From assembly GCA_017536965.1 (NCBI GenBank), contig JAFWCK010000126.1:709-64708 (forward strand): a DNA stretch of 64,000 bases, written 5' to 3'. Below, one piece after another: positions 52,290 through 62,327 of this stretch. Within the stretch, counting starts at the first letter, position 1. Each line of letters starts with the position of its first letter. The translations under genes and the position numbers were made by a program. The stretch is from Lachnospiraceae bacterium (GTDB lineage Bacteria; Bacillota; Clostridia; Lachnospirales; Lachnospiraceae). A model generated the notes under the pieces. It did no database searches. It was not told the DNA's origin and saw nothing but the letters and a program-made list of their open reading frames with translations.

Positions 52290-53618
52290 ATGAAGTACAC
52301 AAAAAACGAGATCAACAAAATAGTGCACGACGAGGACGTCAGATTTATCCGTTTACAGTTTACGGATATTTTTGGTTCTATGAAAAATGTTTCTATTACC
52401 CCTAGCCAGCTGGAAAAGGCTCTGGATAATAAGATACGTTTTGACGGCTCCTCTATTGATGGATTTGTTCGGATTGAAGAATCTGATATGGCTCTTTACC
52501 CGGATCTGGATTCTTTTGCAATCCATCCTTGGGGCCAGGAGCGCGGGAAAGTTGCACGGTTGATCTGCGATGTATATAAAATCGACGGAAAACCATTTGA
52601 AGGCGACCCGCGCTATGTGCTCCGCAAAGCACTCGCTCATGCTTCGGATATGGGCTATGAATTTAATGTCGGCCCGGAGTGTGAATTCTATCTGCTGAAA
52701 AATGATGAAAAAGGCAACCCTACTCTGGATGCATATGATAAAGGCGGCTATTTCGACCTGGGACCAAATGATCTGGGGGAAGAAGCCAGAAAAGATATTG
52801 TTCAGGCATTAGAAGCCCTCGGATTTGTCATTGAGGCTTCTCATCATGAATGCGGTCCTGCACAGCATGAGATCGATTTCATGTACGCTGAGGCTTTGCA
52901 GGCGGCTGACAGTATCATGACGTTTAAATACGCCGTTAAAACAGTTTCTGAGCAGCACGATCTGTATGCCACTTTCATGCCAAAGCCAATCTCAAATGAA
53001 GCTGGAAATGGAATGCATTTAAATATGTCCCTATCGAAAAATGGAAAAAATGCTTTCATTGACGATAAAGATAAAAATGGTCTGAGCAAGGAGGCCTACT
53101 CTTTTATGGCCGGAATCATGCGTCATATCGAAGGCATCTCCATCGTGACAAATCCGCTGGTTAATTCTTATAAACGTTTAGTTCCGGATTTTGAAGCCCC
53201 GGTCTATATCGCGTGGTCTGCCCAGAACCGCTCTCCTCTGATCCGTGTTCCAAGCAGCCGTGGACAAAGTACGCGAATCGAACTCCGTAGTCCGGATCCT
53301 TCGGCTAATCCGTATCTTTCTCTTGCACTCTGTCTGGAGGCAGGTTTGGAAGGTATCCAAAAAGAAATGGTTCCTCCTGCTTCCATTGATAAAAACATTT
53401 TTGAAATGAGCCGCAGGGAATTAACACGAAGCGGTGTCAAAAAGCTTCCTGCGAACCTGTTTGAGGCAATCAGTAAAGTAGAAAAAGACCCATTCATCGC
53501 CCACGTTTTAGGTTCTCATATTTATGATCGTTATGTGGAAGCTAAAAAAAGAGAATGGAACGAATATAGTATGTGTGTCTCCGATTGGGAGATTGATAAT
53601 TATCTGTTCAAATACTAA
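52290..53618 (+). CDS. glnA: Glutamine synthetase, type I
   Basis: 442 aa; FDGSSI, GPECEFYL, HHECGPAQHEIDF, NGMHLNMSL, RSPDPSANPYL. Confidence 0.95.
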   Translation: MKYTKNEINKIVHDEDVRFIRLQFTDIFGSMKNVSITPSQLEKALDNKIRFDGSSIDGFVRIEESDMALYPDLDSFAIHPWGQERGKVARLICDVYKIDGKPFEGDPRYVLRKALAHASDMGYEFNVGPECEFYLLKNDEKGNPTLDAYDKGGYFDLGPNDLGEEARKDIVQALEALGFVIEASHHECGPAQHEIDFMYAEALQAADSIMTFKYAVKTVSEQHDLYATFMPKPISNEAGNGMHLNMSLSKNGKNAFIDDKDKNGLSKEAYSFMAGIMRHIEGISIVTNPLVNSYKRLVPDFEAPVYIAWSAQNRSPLIRVPSSRGQSTRIELRSPDPSANPYLSLALCLEAGLEGIQKEMVPPASIDKNIFEMSRRELTRSGVKKLPANLFEAISKVEKDPFIAHVLGSHIYDRYVEAKKREWNEYSMCVSDWEIDNYLFKY

Positions 53619-53627
53619 AGAATCCAA

Positions 53628-54062
53628 ATGCCACATGCTTATGTAGATGGAAGTTATAATGTCTCAACAAAACGATTCGGATACGGAATCGTTTTGTTTA
53701 CAGATGCATATAATGCGGACGGGACGCCACAGGAGATCCGCATGTCAAAAGCTTTTTCCCATGATGAGCTAGCTGAAATGCGCAATGTCGCCGGGGAGAT
53801 CATGGGGGCCGCCCAGGCAATGAAGACCGCAAAAGCTTTGGGTTTAAAAGAACTGACGATTTATCATGATTACGAAGGTATCGCAAAATGGTGTACCGGA
53901 GAGTGGAAGACAAAAAAAGAATGGACCAAAAAATACAAAGCCTTCTACGATGAGATCAGTCAGGATATCACTGTAACCTTTCAAAAAGTTGAAGCACATT
54001 CCGGAAATCAGTATAATGACATTGCTGATAAACTGGCAAAGGAGGCTGTGGGGAACAAATGA
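53628..54062 (+). CDS. RNase H type 1-like protein
   Basis: YVDGSY...E...YHDY...HSGNQYNDIADKLAK fits the DEDD RNase HI pattern. Confidence 0.7.
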   Translation: MPHAYVDGSYNVSTKRFGYGIVLFTDAYNADGTPQEIRMSKAFSHDELAEMRNVAGEIMGAAQAMKTAKALGLKELTIYHDYEGIAKWCTGEWKTKKEWTKKYKAFYDEISQDITVTFQKVEAHSGNQYNDIADKLAKEAVGNK

Positions 54063-55075
54063 AGCGTAAAAGAATCATACCTATCTGCATTACTCTGCTC
54101 TTGATCTTTGTTATGGTCCTTACGGGGTGTAGAAAGAAAAATGAAGAGCCGGTAACATCGCAGACCGAAACAACTACAGAAAAGAAACAGCAGGAAACCA
54201 CAACCAAAAAATCACAGGAAACAACCGCAGAGGCTACGACGGCAGACTCTGCGACGGCAGAGCCTGCTACAGAAGAAGCTATAGATTGGACGCAGGAAAA
54301 GGACCCTGGATATTATGCAGGTGATACTTATTTTACAGGCTATTCGATCTGGGTCAATCTGGCATATTGCACCGTAACAGTTTATGAATGCTATTCTGAC
54401 GGAGGGCAATACCCAATCCGGTCGATGGCATGCTCTTGCGGTCGTGCCGGTCAGGAAACTCCAGAGGGAGTTTTCTATACCAGCGACAAATACGATTGGG
54501 GTTATATGGCAGACGGGTCATGGGCATCTTATGTCACAAGATTCAATGGGGATATCCTCTTCCACTCAGTTCCAAGCTGGGAACCGGACTCTGGAAATAT
54601 CGAGATTGGAGAATACAATAAGCTCGGAGGACCGGCTTCATTAGGCTGTATTCGTCTCTGTGTAGCAGATGCTGCCTGGATCTACTATAACATGCCTTGG
54701 GGAACGCAGGTTGTTGTTTACACAGATTACAGCAGCGCCGGACCATGGGGAATACCGGGAGCCTACAAAGTACCAGATGATATCCCACAAGTACGCCAAT
54801 GGGATCCAACTGATCCGGACCCACGCAATCCATGGCCTTATTATACGATATCCATCGGCCCGGATAATGTGTCCCTGCCAGCAGGCAGTTCTTTCGAATC
54901 TTTGTATAACGCTCTTTCCATCACAGATAACTACGGAAACAGCGTAAAGCATTATGCATACATAAATACCGATGCAGTTGATTTCAGCACGCCTGGCAGT
55001 TATGATGTGTACATCAACATTTATCTGGGATCTTCCTATGCAGAAAAATACATTTCAGTAACTATTACCGAATAA
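54059..55075 (+). CDS. L,D-transpeptidase (YkuD domain) lipoprotein
   Basis: Lipobox VLTGCR; FHSVP...ASLGCIRL catalytic motif. Confidence 0.8.
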   Translation: MKRKRIIPICITLLLIFVMVLTGCRKKNEEPVTSQTETTTEKKQQETTTKKSQETTAEATTADSATAEPATEEAIDWTQEKDPGYYAGDTYFTGYSIWVNLAYCTVTVYECYSDGGQYPIRSMACSCGRAGQETPEGVFYTSDKYDWGYMADGSWASYVTRFNGDILFHSVPSWEPDSGNIEIGEYNKLGGPASLGCIRLCVADAAWIYYNMPWGTQVVVYTDYSSAGPWGIPGAYKVPDDIPQVRQWDPTDPDPRNPWPYYTISIGPDNVSLPAGSSFESLYNALSITDNYGNSVKHYAYINTDAVDFSTPGSYDVYINIYLGSSYAEKYISVTITE

Positions 55076-55090
55076 AAAGGAGTCATCTAT

Positions 55091-56203
55091 ATGGCAAACA
55101 GACCAAACAGGCCAACCAGCCAGCCAGTCAGGCGACAGCCGGGGCGAACCAGCAGTCAGGCTGCTGCCGCAAGAAAAAGACAAAAACAAAGACAGTATAC
55201 TCGGATCCGCATCTTTACGGTCCTGGCTCTTATCCTTTTGATTGCGATCATCGTGGTGATCATAGTAGCCTGCCGGAACAAAAAGGCCAATCCAAACATA
55301 CCGGAAAAACAATCTGAAACCATGACAGAGCAATCCGGTAATAGCGGCATCCCGACCGAATATGTGGAGCCTACCTACCGGAGAGATAATATTGAGATCA
55401 ACGATGACTGGCCGACAGTCGGAGACAGTACTGACTACTCTCTTCACGTGAATACCGCATTAAACGCTACCATTGTTTATTCCAAAGATGGCGATGGCAA
55501 TCTGACGCCGCTGCGCGTCCTCGCCTGCTCCACCGGACGCAGAGACGGACATGAAACACCAGAAGGTGAATTCTACCTGGGCGAGTGGATCATTGGCCCT
55601 GCCAACGAATGGTGCTATATGGCCGATGGTACAGAAGGGCTTTATGCTTATCGTATCATCGACGGTGTTTATAACGATATCATGTTCCACTCTGTTCCGT
55701 ATTATGAAACAGACCATGGGACTCTGGAATATGAAGAATATAATAAACTCGGTAATTATGCTTCTATGGGATGCATCCGGATGTGCTGCGCTGATGTCAG
55801 ATGGCTTGGTCAGCTTTGCGCAGGCGGTACAGAAGTAATCGTTTATTACGATGAAAATGAAGTTCTGCCGATGGAAAAACCGACACCACTCTTTATTCCG
55901 GAAACAGTGGAAGAAGTCCGCGGATGGGACCCGACTGATCCGGAAAGCGCAAACCCATGGCATTCCTACACATTTACCATGGAAGTGCCAAATTCAATCG
56001 AGTTAAGCGTTGGCGCAAATTACGAGGAAGATCCGATAACCAGCAAATTCCATGCAGTTGACTGCTACGGCAACGATGTGACCCAATATATGAAGTATTC
56101 CGGAACCTATGATCCAGCAACAGCAGGAAATTATCCAATCACTGTAACATTGGATCTCGGTCAGTATCACGCAACGAAGGATGTCGTCGTTGTTGTCAAA
56201 TAA
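55091..56203 (+). CDS. L,D-transpeptidase (YkuD domain), N-terminally membrane anchored
   Basis: Basic N-terminus plus TM helix; FHSVP...ASMGCIRM. Confidence 0.8.
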   Translation: MANRPNRPTSQPVRRQPGRTSSQAAAARKRQKQRQYTRIRIFTVLALILLIAIIVVIIVACRNKKANPNIPEKQSETMTEQSGNSGIPTEYVEPTYRRDNIEINDDWPTVGDSTDYSLHVNTALNATIVYSKDGDGNLTPLRVLACSTGRRDGHETPEGEFYLGEWIIGPANEWCYMADGTEGLYAYRIIDGVYNDIMFHSVPYYETDHGTLEYEEYNKLGNYASMGCIRMCCADVRWLGQLCAGGTEVIVYYDENEVLPMEKPTPLFIPETVEEVRGWDPTDPESANPWHSYTFTMEVPNSIELSVGANYEEDPITSKFHAVDCYGNDVTQYMKYSGTYDPATAGNYPITVTLDLGQYHATKDVVVVVK

Positions 56204-56237
56204 TCATCTTAACTGAAACAATTCTGAAGTCAGAAAA

Positions 56238-56265
56238 AGATCCGCCTTCTTCAAAGGCGGATCTT
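56238..56265. terminator. Bidirectional intrinsic terminator
   Basis: AGATCCGCC-N10-GGCGGATCT flanked by A and T runs. Confidence 0.8.
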
Positions 56266-56302
56266 TTGTTATTGTCATTATTGTCTTATTTCTTTCAGGA
56301 CG

Positions 56303-57298
56303 CTATCGGTCTTCCCTGAAGTAGGATAAGCCCAGACTTCCAGGCGGCTGATTTTCTCTCTTATTCCGCAGAGAGGTAATGATCAGCACGATGATCGTTA
56401 CGACGTATGGAATACCCTTATATAATTCCTTAACTGCCAGTTCTGTACCGGTCGGAAGGAAGATATGCAGAATATACAACCCGCCAAACAGGATCGAAGC
56501 CCAGATGGAATGACCTGGACGCCAGATCGTAAAGATAACCAGTGCGATAGCCAGCCATCCTCTGTCTCCGAATGCATCGTTTGCCCAGATACCGCTGGAA
56601 TAATCCATAACAAAGTACAGACCGCCCAGACCAGAAACCATTGCACCAAGACAGGTGGCAAAGTATTTATACCTGGTCACGTTGATACCAGCTGCATCAG
56701 CCGTACCCGGATTCTCTCCTACTGCACGCAGACTTAAACCAGTCCTTGTGCGCGATAAGATAATAGCTGCAATAATTGCCAGAATGATGGCGACATAAGC
56801 CAGGAATCCATAGGAGCAGAAAATGGTGCCAAACCAGCCCAGTCCTTTTGCAAACGGCAATTGTGTTTTAAAGAATTTACCAGTCTGATTTAAAACGATG
56901 GATGGAACTTCACTGTTCGTGATCTTAATCAAAGAACCGCCGAAGAAGTTACCGATGCCAATACCAAATGTCGTCATGGCAAGACCGGTCACGTTCTGGT
57001 TTGCTCTGAGCGTAACTGTCAGGAAACAGTAGATCAGACCCATCAAAAGACTGCCAACCAGACAGCACACCAATGGGATCGTAATTCCCAGAAAGGCTGT
57101 CATATTCTGGGCCCCAACTTTTGTTTCATAGAAGAAGGAGCCGATAACTCCGCAGATACCACCGACATACATAATACCTGCTGTACCAAGGTTCAGGTTA
57201 CCGCTCTTCTCTGTGATCGTTTCACCGACACAGCCAAACATCAGCGGGATACCCTGTGTCACTGCACGAGGAATGAAGGCAAGAAGAAACTTAAGCAT
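56303..57298 (-). CDS. ABC transporter permease (BMP/nucleoside system)
   Basis: 331 aa polytopic protein; last gene of the BMP operon. Confidence 0.75.
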   Translation of the reverse strand: MLKFLLAFIPRAVTQGIPLMFGCVGETITEKSGNLNLGTAGIMYVGGICGVIGSFFYETKVGAQNMTAFLGITIPLVCCLVGSLLMGLIYCFLTVTLRANQNVTGLAMTTFGIGIGNFFGGSLIKITNSEVPSIVLNQTGKFFKTQLPFAKGLGWFGTIFCSYGFLAYVAIILAIIAAIILSRTRTGLSLRAVGENPGTADAAGINVTRYKYFATCLGAMVSGLGGLYFVMDYSSGIWANDAFGDRGWLAIALVIFTIWRPGHSIWASILFGGLYILHIFLPTGTELAVKELYKGIPYVVTIIVLIITSLRNKRENQPPGSLGLSYFREDR

Positions 57299-58421
57299 CG
57301 ATCTTTACCTCCTTCCTTGTTTTTTTCAGTGCAATTTGATAGTTCAGGAAGAACTCGCACCCGATAATAAAGAACAGCAGGATCCCGGCAAGGATCGAAC
57401 CGAAGGAATCATTCAGTCCGTAAATCGTGGAGATTTCAGAAGCACCACGGCTTAAGAACACAAGCAAAAGGCTGGTCAGGATCATAAAGATTGGATTGAA
57501 TTTGGCCAGCCACGCAACCATGACGCCGGTAAAACCTCTTCCGTTGACAATTGTTGTGGTCATTGTATGGCTTGTTCCAGATACTAACAGGAATCCAACC
57601 AGACCACAAATAGCTCCAGACAGAAGCATCGTCCGAAGGATAACGCGCTTCACCTTGATCCCGACATATCTTGCTGTCGGCTCGCTCTCACCAACGACAG
57701 ATATCTCATATCCATGCTTGGTGTATCGCATATAAATATAGATCGCAACTGTCAAAACAAGGACAATGAGAATATTCAAAAGATATTGATTATTGCCGAT
57801 TTGCGGAAGCCATCCAGCCATTGTATCTTGATTGATGATACCAATCTTGCTGGCACCTTTCGGGTTTTCCCAAACAACAACGAAAAATGAAACGAGCTGT
57901 ATGGCAACATAGTTCATCATCAAAGTAAACAGTGTCTCATTTGTATTCCACCGTGCCTTAAATGCAGCCGGAATAAGTGCCCAAATGGCACCCGCAACAA
58001 CTGCACAAACAAGCATAATAAGAATAAGAATAATGTTAGGAACTTTTCCGCCAAGAAGGATCATCGGTGTCGTTGCTCCGAGAACACCCATCAATGTCTG
58101 TCCGTCACCGCCAAGGTTCCAAAAGCGCATCTTAAAAGCAGGCGCCAAGGCAAGAGAAATTCCTAAGAGGATTGCCATATTCTGTGCAGTGACCCAGATC
58201 CGCCGGCTTGTACCGAAAGCACCCGACAGCATCGTCTTATAGACATCCAGCGGATTGATCTTCACCAAAAACATCGTAATGATACCACAGAGGATCAGTC
58301 CCATGATCACGGCGATAACCCGGATCAGCCATGCACGATACCACGGCAGTTCCTTGCGTCTGGTAATATGAAACAGAGGTACTTTGCTCAGAGAGTTATT
58401 CATCTGCTTCACCACCTCCAA
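57291..58421 (-). CDS. ABC transporter permease (BMP/nucleoside system)
   Basis: 376 aa polytopic protein; the start may instead be the ATG at 58403. Confidence 0.75.
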   Translation of the reverse strand: MEVVKQMNNSLSKVPLFHITRRKELPWYRAWLIRVIAVIMGLILCGIITMFLVKINPLDVYKTMLSGAFGTSRRIWVTAQNMAILLGISLALAPAFKMRFWNLGGDGQTLMGVLGATTPMILLGGKVPNIILILIMLVCAVVAGAIWALIPAAFKARWNTNETLFTLMMNYVAIQLVSFFVVVWENPKGASKIGIINQDTMAGWLPQIGNNQYLLNILIVLVLTVAIYIYMRYTKHGYEISVVGESEPTARYVGIKVKRVILRTMLLSGAICGLVGFLLVSGTSHTMTTTIVNGRGFTGVMVAWLAKFNPIFMILTSLLLVFLSRGASEISTIYGLNDSFGSILAGILLFFIIGCEFFLNYQIALKKTRKEVKIDA

Positions 58422-59937
58422 TCTTAGTCATCATCAGGCCAACTTCGTTCTTTGTAGCCGTTCTTCCATCTATAATGCCGCTCACTTCTCCGCCGCAAAG
58501 AACCAGGATCTTATCAGAAAGTTCCAACAAAACATCCAGATCTTCACCCACGTAAATCACAGCAACTCCGGCTTTCTTCTGCCGGTTGATCAGATCATAA
58601 ATGGTATAAGAAGAGTTAATATCCAACCCTCTGACTGCATACGCGGTCAAGAGAACAGTAGGTGCTGAAGATATTTCTCTGCCGACCAGAACTTTCTGCA
58701 CATTACCTCCAGAAAGTTTTCGCACCGGCGTTTCCACACTAGGCGTATTAACTTCCAGCTCTTCCACAACGCGCTCTGCCAGCTTATGAGGCGACTTTCG
58801 GTCGGTGAAGATCCCTTTTCCCTGCCTAAAAGATCGCAGCATCATATTTTCAGAAAGATCCATACTGCCGACCAGGCCCATACCAAGTCGATCTTCCGGG
58901 ACAAACGAAAGTGAAACACCCATTTCGGCTATCTCCAAAGGATCTTTTCCGATCAGTTCTTCTTCGCTTCCGTCATCATTCACGTACGCAATACTGCCTG
59001 TTTCCACTGGCTGCAGACCGGCAATCGCCTCCAACAGCTCTTTCTGGCCGTTTCCGGCAATTCCTGCAATTCCAAGGATTTCACCACTGCATGCAGTAAA
59101 GCTGACATGATTCAGACGAACAACGCCATCTATACTGCGGATCGTCAGGTCTTTGATCCGGATCCTTTCCTTTGGATCTACTGGTTCCGGTCGGTCAATG
59201 TTCAGTGTAACAGCATGTCCAACCATAGCATCCGTCAGTTCCTGAGCGGTCACGTTCTTGGTTTCATAATCGCAGATATATTTTCCTTTGCGCAAAATTG
59301 CTACACGGTCAGAAATATCCAGAACCTCATGAAGCTTATGGGTAATGATGATGATCGACTTTCCATCTGCTTTCATGTTACGGAGAACTGCAAATAATTT
59401 ATCCGTCTCCTGTGGTGTCAGAACAGCGGTTGGTTCATCCAGGATCAGAAGGTCTGCACCTCTGTACAGGACTTTTACGATCTCGACCGTCTGTTTCTGA
59501 GAAACGCTCATCTCATAAATCTTCTGATACGGATCTACTTCAAATCCGTATTTCTGGCAGATTTCGGTAATTCTTTCTGCTGCAGCTTTTACATTCAAGC
59601 CGCCTTTTTCCTTCAACCCCAGGATGATATTTTCTGCTGCTGTCAGTACATCAACCAGTTTAAAATGCTGGTGGATCATGCCGATTCCAAGATTGAAGGC
59701 ATCTTTCGGATCACGAATGCTGACCAGGTTTCCATTTACATATATTTCACCTTCATCCGGGAAATAAATGCCGCTCAGCATATTCATAAGTGTTGTTTTT
59801 CCGCTTCCATTCTCACCCAGCAGAGCCAGGATCTCTCCCTTATAAACATTCAGGGAAACATCATCATTTGCGACGACTTTATCACCAAAGCGTTTTGTTA
59901 TATGTTGTAGTTCTAATATCGGAGACTTATGATCCAA
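58396..59937 (-). CDS. ABC transporter ATP-binding protein with duplicated ATPase domains
   Basis: GENGSGKTTLMN, LDEPTAVL, second LSGGNVQK signature. Confidence 0.85.
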   Translation of the reverse strand: MDHKSPILELQHITKRFGDKVVANDDVSLNVYKGEILALLGENGSGKTTLMNMLSGIYFPDEGEIYVNGNLVSIRDPKDAFNLGIGMIHQHFKLVDVLTAAENIILGLKEKGGLNVKAAAERITEICQKYGFEVDPYQKIYEMSVSQKQTVEIVKVLYRGADLLILDEPTAVLTPQETDKLFAVLRNMKADGKSIIIITHKLHEVLDISDRVAILRKGKYICDYETKNVTAQELTDAMVGHAVTLNIDRPEPVDPKERIRIKDLTIRSIDGVVRLNHVSFTACSGEILGIAGIAGNGQKELLEAIAGLQPVETGSIAYVNDDGSEEELIGKDPLEIAEMGVSLSFVPEDRLGMGLVGSMDLSENMMLRSFRQGKGIFTDRKSPHKLAERVVEELEVNTPSVETPVRKLSGGNVQKVLVGREISSAPTVLLTAYAVRGLDINSSYTIYDLINRQKKAGVAVIYVGEDLDVLLELSDKILVLCGGEVSGIIDGRTATKNEVGLMMTKIGGGEADE

Positions 59938-60037
59938 GATAATTCTCCCTCCTCTTAATCTCTATCCATACGATACAGGCAAAACGAAAAAACCGTTTTC
60001 GGTTTGCCTGTGCCGTTCGGTTTGTTAAAAACAAGAT

Positions 60038-60066
60038 AGGGAGGCTTTACAAGAAAGCCTCCCTAC
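60038..60066 (-). terminator. Hairpin/attenuator between the binding-protein and ATPase genes
   Basis: TAGGGAGGCTTT-N5-AAAGCCTCCCTA with a T-rich tail on the minus strand. Confidence 0.6.
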
Positions 60067-60082
60067 GTTGTTTTCTGTGAAA

Positions 60083-61318
60083 TTAGAATGCGGTATCAAG
60101 CAGTGTGATGCCATCGATCTGAATATCAAAGTACGGAGCGGAACGGAATTTGGATTCTGCAAATGCGCCGTCAATGATAACTTCAGTATCTGGTTCATAA
60201 GCCGGATCGCTGTCAACGTCAGCCTTGTAAGAGGTAACCGGTGCACCATCTTTTGTAAATGCAGCGGTATCAAATACTTTAAGTTCGCCGGAAGCAAGTT
60301 TTGCTTTTACTTCTTCGATAGCTGCTGCGGTGCCTTCTGCTGCAACTGCTTCATTTACTTCGGTCAGCTGAACGCTGTCTGTCTCCAGAGTTCCTGTCCA
60401 ATCTTTGTCAACCGGTTTGCCAGCTTTCACACACTGGATAGCGTATTTGTAATATGGAGCCCAGTTGATTCTGGAAGAAACGATGAATGTGTTCGGGCCA
60501 GCTGCCTGCGTAGAGCCATTGTAGGAAACGTTCGGGACACCTGCATTCTCGCAAGCGGTCGGAGCGCCAAGGGAGTCAGCATGCTGAGAAATCAGAGCAC
60601 ATCCTCTCTTGATAAGGTTTTCAGCACCTTCCTGCTCAGCTGCCGGATCATACCAGGAACCGGTAAAGGTTACATCCATGGTAACGGTCGGGCATACGCT
60701 CTTTGCGCCAAGATAGAAGGAAGTATATCCGGAGATAACTTCTGCGTAAGTGAAGGCGCCAACATAACCCATCTTAGCCTGATCTGCAGTGATCTTGCCA
60801 GCTGCGATCATCTCGTTCAGTTTCATTCCTGCTGCAACGCCTGCAAGGAAACGTCCTTCATAAATAGATGCAAATGCGTTTGCATAGTTTGGTAAATTCT
60901 CGGTATGCGCTTTTGTTCCTGTTGCGTGGCAGAACTGCACATTCGGGAATTCCTTAGCAGCCTGGATCATATAATCCTCATGTCCAAAGCTGTCTGCACA
61001 GATCAGTGTGCATCCTTTGTCAGCCAGGTCGACTGCGGTATCGTAGCAGTCCTGTGTTTCGCCGATATTGGTTCTGATCAGATACTCAACGCCCTCTGCT
61101 TCGCAAGCCTCTGTGAAGCCATTGATAAAGTTAAGGTCGTAGGTGGAGTTCTCATCATGTAAGCAGATGAGGCCAACCTTCATCGTTGATGCTGCAGGAG
61201 CTGCAGAAGATCCTGAGCCAGCCGGTGCCGGTTCTTCTTTCTTTCCGCATGCTGCCAGCATTCCAACTGCAAAGATCGCAACCAGTACCAGTGCGAATAC
61301 TTTTTTCATGCCTTTCAT
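60083..61318 (-). CDS. BMP-family (PnrA-like) ABC substrate-binding lipoprotein, probably purine nucleoside
   Basis: Lipobox MLAACG; BMP-like blocks (KVGLICLHDENSTYD, GYVGAFTYAEVISG). Confidence 0.75.
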   Translation of the reverse strand: MKGMKKVFALVLVAIFAVGMLAACGKKEEPAPAGSGSSAAPAASTMKVGLICLHDENSTYDLNFINGFTEACEAEGVEYLIRTNIGETQDCYDTAVDLADKGCTLICADSFGHEDYMIQAAKEFPNVQFCHATGTKAHTENLPNYANAFASIYEGRFLAGVAAGMKLNEMIAAGKITADQAKMGYVGAFTYAEVISGYTSFYLGAKSVCPTVTMDVTFTGSWYDPAAEQEGAENLIKRGCALISQHADSLGAPTACENAGVPNVSYNGSTQAAGPNTFIVSSRINWAPYYKYAIQCVKAGKPVDKDWTGTLETDSVQLTEVNEAVAAEGTAAAIEEVKAKLASGELKVFDTAAFTKDGAPVTSYKADVDSDPAYEPDTEVIIDGAFAESKFRSAPYFDIQIDGITLLDTAF

Positions 61319-61393
61319 TTTCCCTAATCCTCCATGTTTTTAAAATTATTTTTAACTAATATTTCAAAGGGAATATCCCTTTATTGCACAATA

Positions 61394-61969
61394 TCAATCA
61401 ATAAATTCAATTCCTGTTTCCGGATCCATACGAATGATCCGCGCTAAGCTTTCTACTCTTACGCCCATTTCGCGCAGCTTCTGACCTCCGTCCTGGAAAG
61501 CCTTTTCGATGACGATCCCACAGCCCACGCACTTTGCTCCAGCCTGTTCGATCAGATCCATAAGCCCCACCAATGCGCACCCGTTTGCCAGAAAATCATC
61601 AATGATCAGAACGGTATCATCTTTGGAAAGATACTGCTTTTCAATCCTTGCCTGGTAAGAATTACCATGTGTATATGACATGATCTCCGTACAGTAACAA
61701 TCATCGGAAAGATTTTTAGTCTGATGCTTTTTTGCAAACAAAACAGGCACGTTAAAACAGACTGCCGTCATACAGGCAATCGGAATCCCGCTTGTTTCTA
61801 TCGTTAATACCTTTGTGATTTTTTCGTCCTGAAAAAGACGGTGAAATTCTTCCCCGATCTGCTGCATAAACGGAACGTCGATCTGATGGTTCAAAAAAGA
61901 ACCCACCTTCAGGACATTTCCCGGGTATACCTTCCCTTCACGACAGATTTTTTCTTCCAGTGCCTTCAT
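61394..61969 (-). CDS. xpt: Xanthine phosphoribosyltransferase
   Basis: MKALEEKICREGKVYPGNVLKVGSFLNHQID and VLIIDDFLANG are typical Xpt blocks. Confidence 0.85.
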   Translation of the reverse strand: MKALEEKICREGKVYPGNVLKVGSFLNHQIDVPFMQQIGEEFHRLFQDEKITKVLTIETSGIPIACMTAVCFNVPVLFAKKHQTKNLSDDCYCTEIMSYTHGNSYQARIEKQYLSKDDTVLIIDDFLANGCALVGLMDLIEQAGAKCVGCGIVIEKAFQDGGQKLREMGVRVESLARIIRMDPETGIEFID

Positions 61970-62009
61970 TATGTTAATCCCCGAATCTTTGCAAAGGCCT
62001 CAAAGAATG

Positions 62010-62181
62010 AAAAAAAGATTTCAAATGCGTTTTAAGCAGCAACTACGATTAAGCCTTACACATTCTGAAATCTCAGAACTTTGAGCCGGTAGTCGTAACT
62101 TCCAGGCGTTACGGTAGAAACATTTGGGCCTGTGAGTTGAACTCCTCGAATCCAAAACACACTATCCAAACCTATACTGGC
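62010..62181 (-). promoter_or_regulatory. Guanine/xanthine-class purine riboswitch (aptamer 62085-62181, apparently with an insertion in L2) plus terminator (62010-62073)
   Basis: Minus strand reads GCCAGUA-UAG-GUUUGG-AUA[about 30 nt]AGG-CCCAAAU-GUUUCUAC-CGUAAC-GCCUGGAA-GUUACG-ACU-ACCGGC. Downstream is AGAUUUCAGAAUG...CAUUUGAAAUCU plus U7. Confidence 0.6.
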
Positions 62182-62246
62182 AAGTATAAAATTGTCAAAA
62201 TTCTCACCCTAACTGATAAAGATTTCCTTAAAAATCTTACGGAATG

Positions 62247-62275
62247 ATAATATCAGCCGATGTGGAAAAAGTCAA
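62247..62275 (-). promoter_or_regulatory. Candidate promoter for the xpt leader
   Basis: Minus strand TTGACT (62275-62270) - 17 nt - TATTAT (62252-62247). Confidence 0.5.
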
Positions 62276-62327
62276 TTGAACTTTCTGGTTTTTTCCACAT
62301 TTTGTGTATTATTTTGGTACACCATGA

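Noticed and set aside
62175-62203. TTGACA-N16-TATAGG promoter-like sequence as the xpt promoter
   Set aside because: It overlaps the proposed P1 5' strand of the purine aptamer. The upstream TTGACT-17-TATTAT (62247-62275) fits better. I keep it as the main alternative that would refute my riboswitch register.
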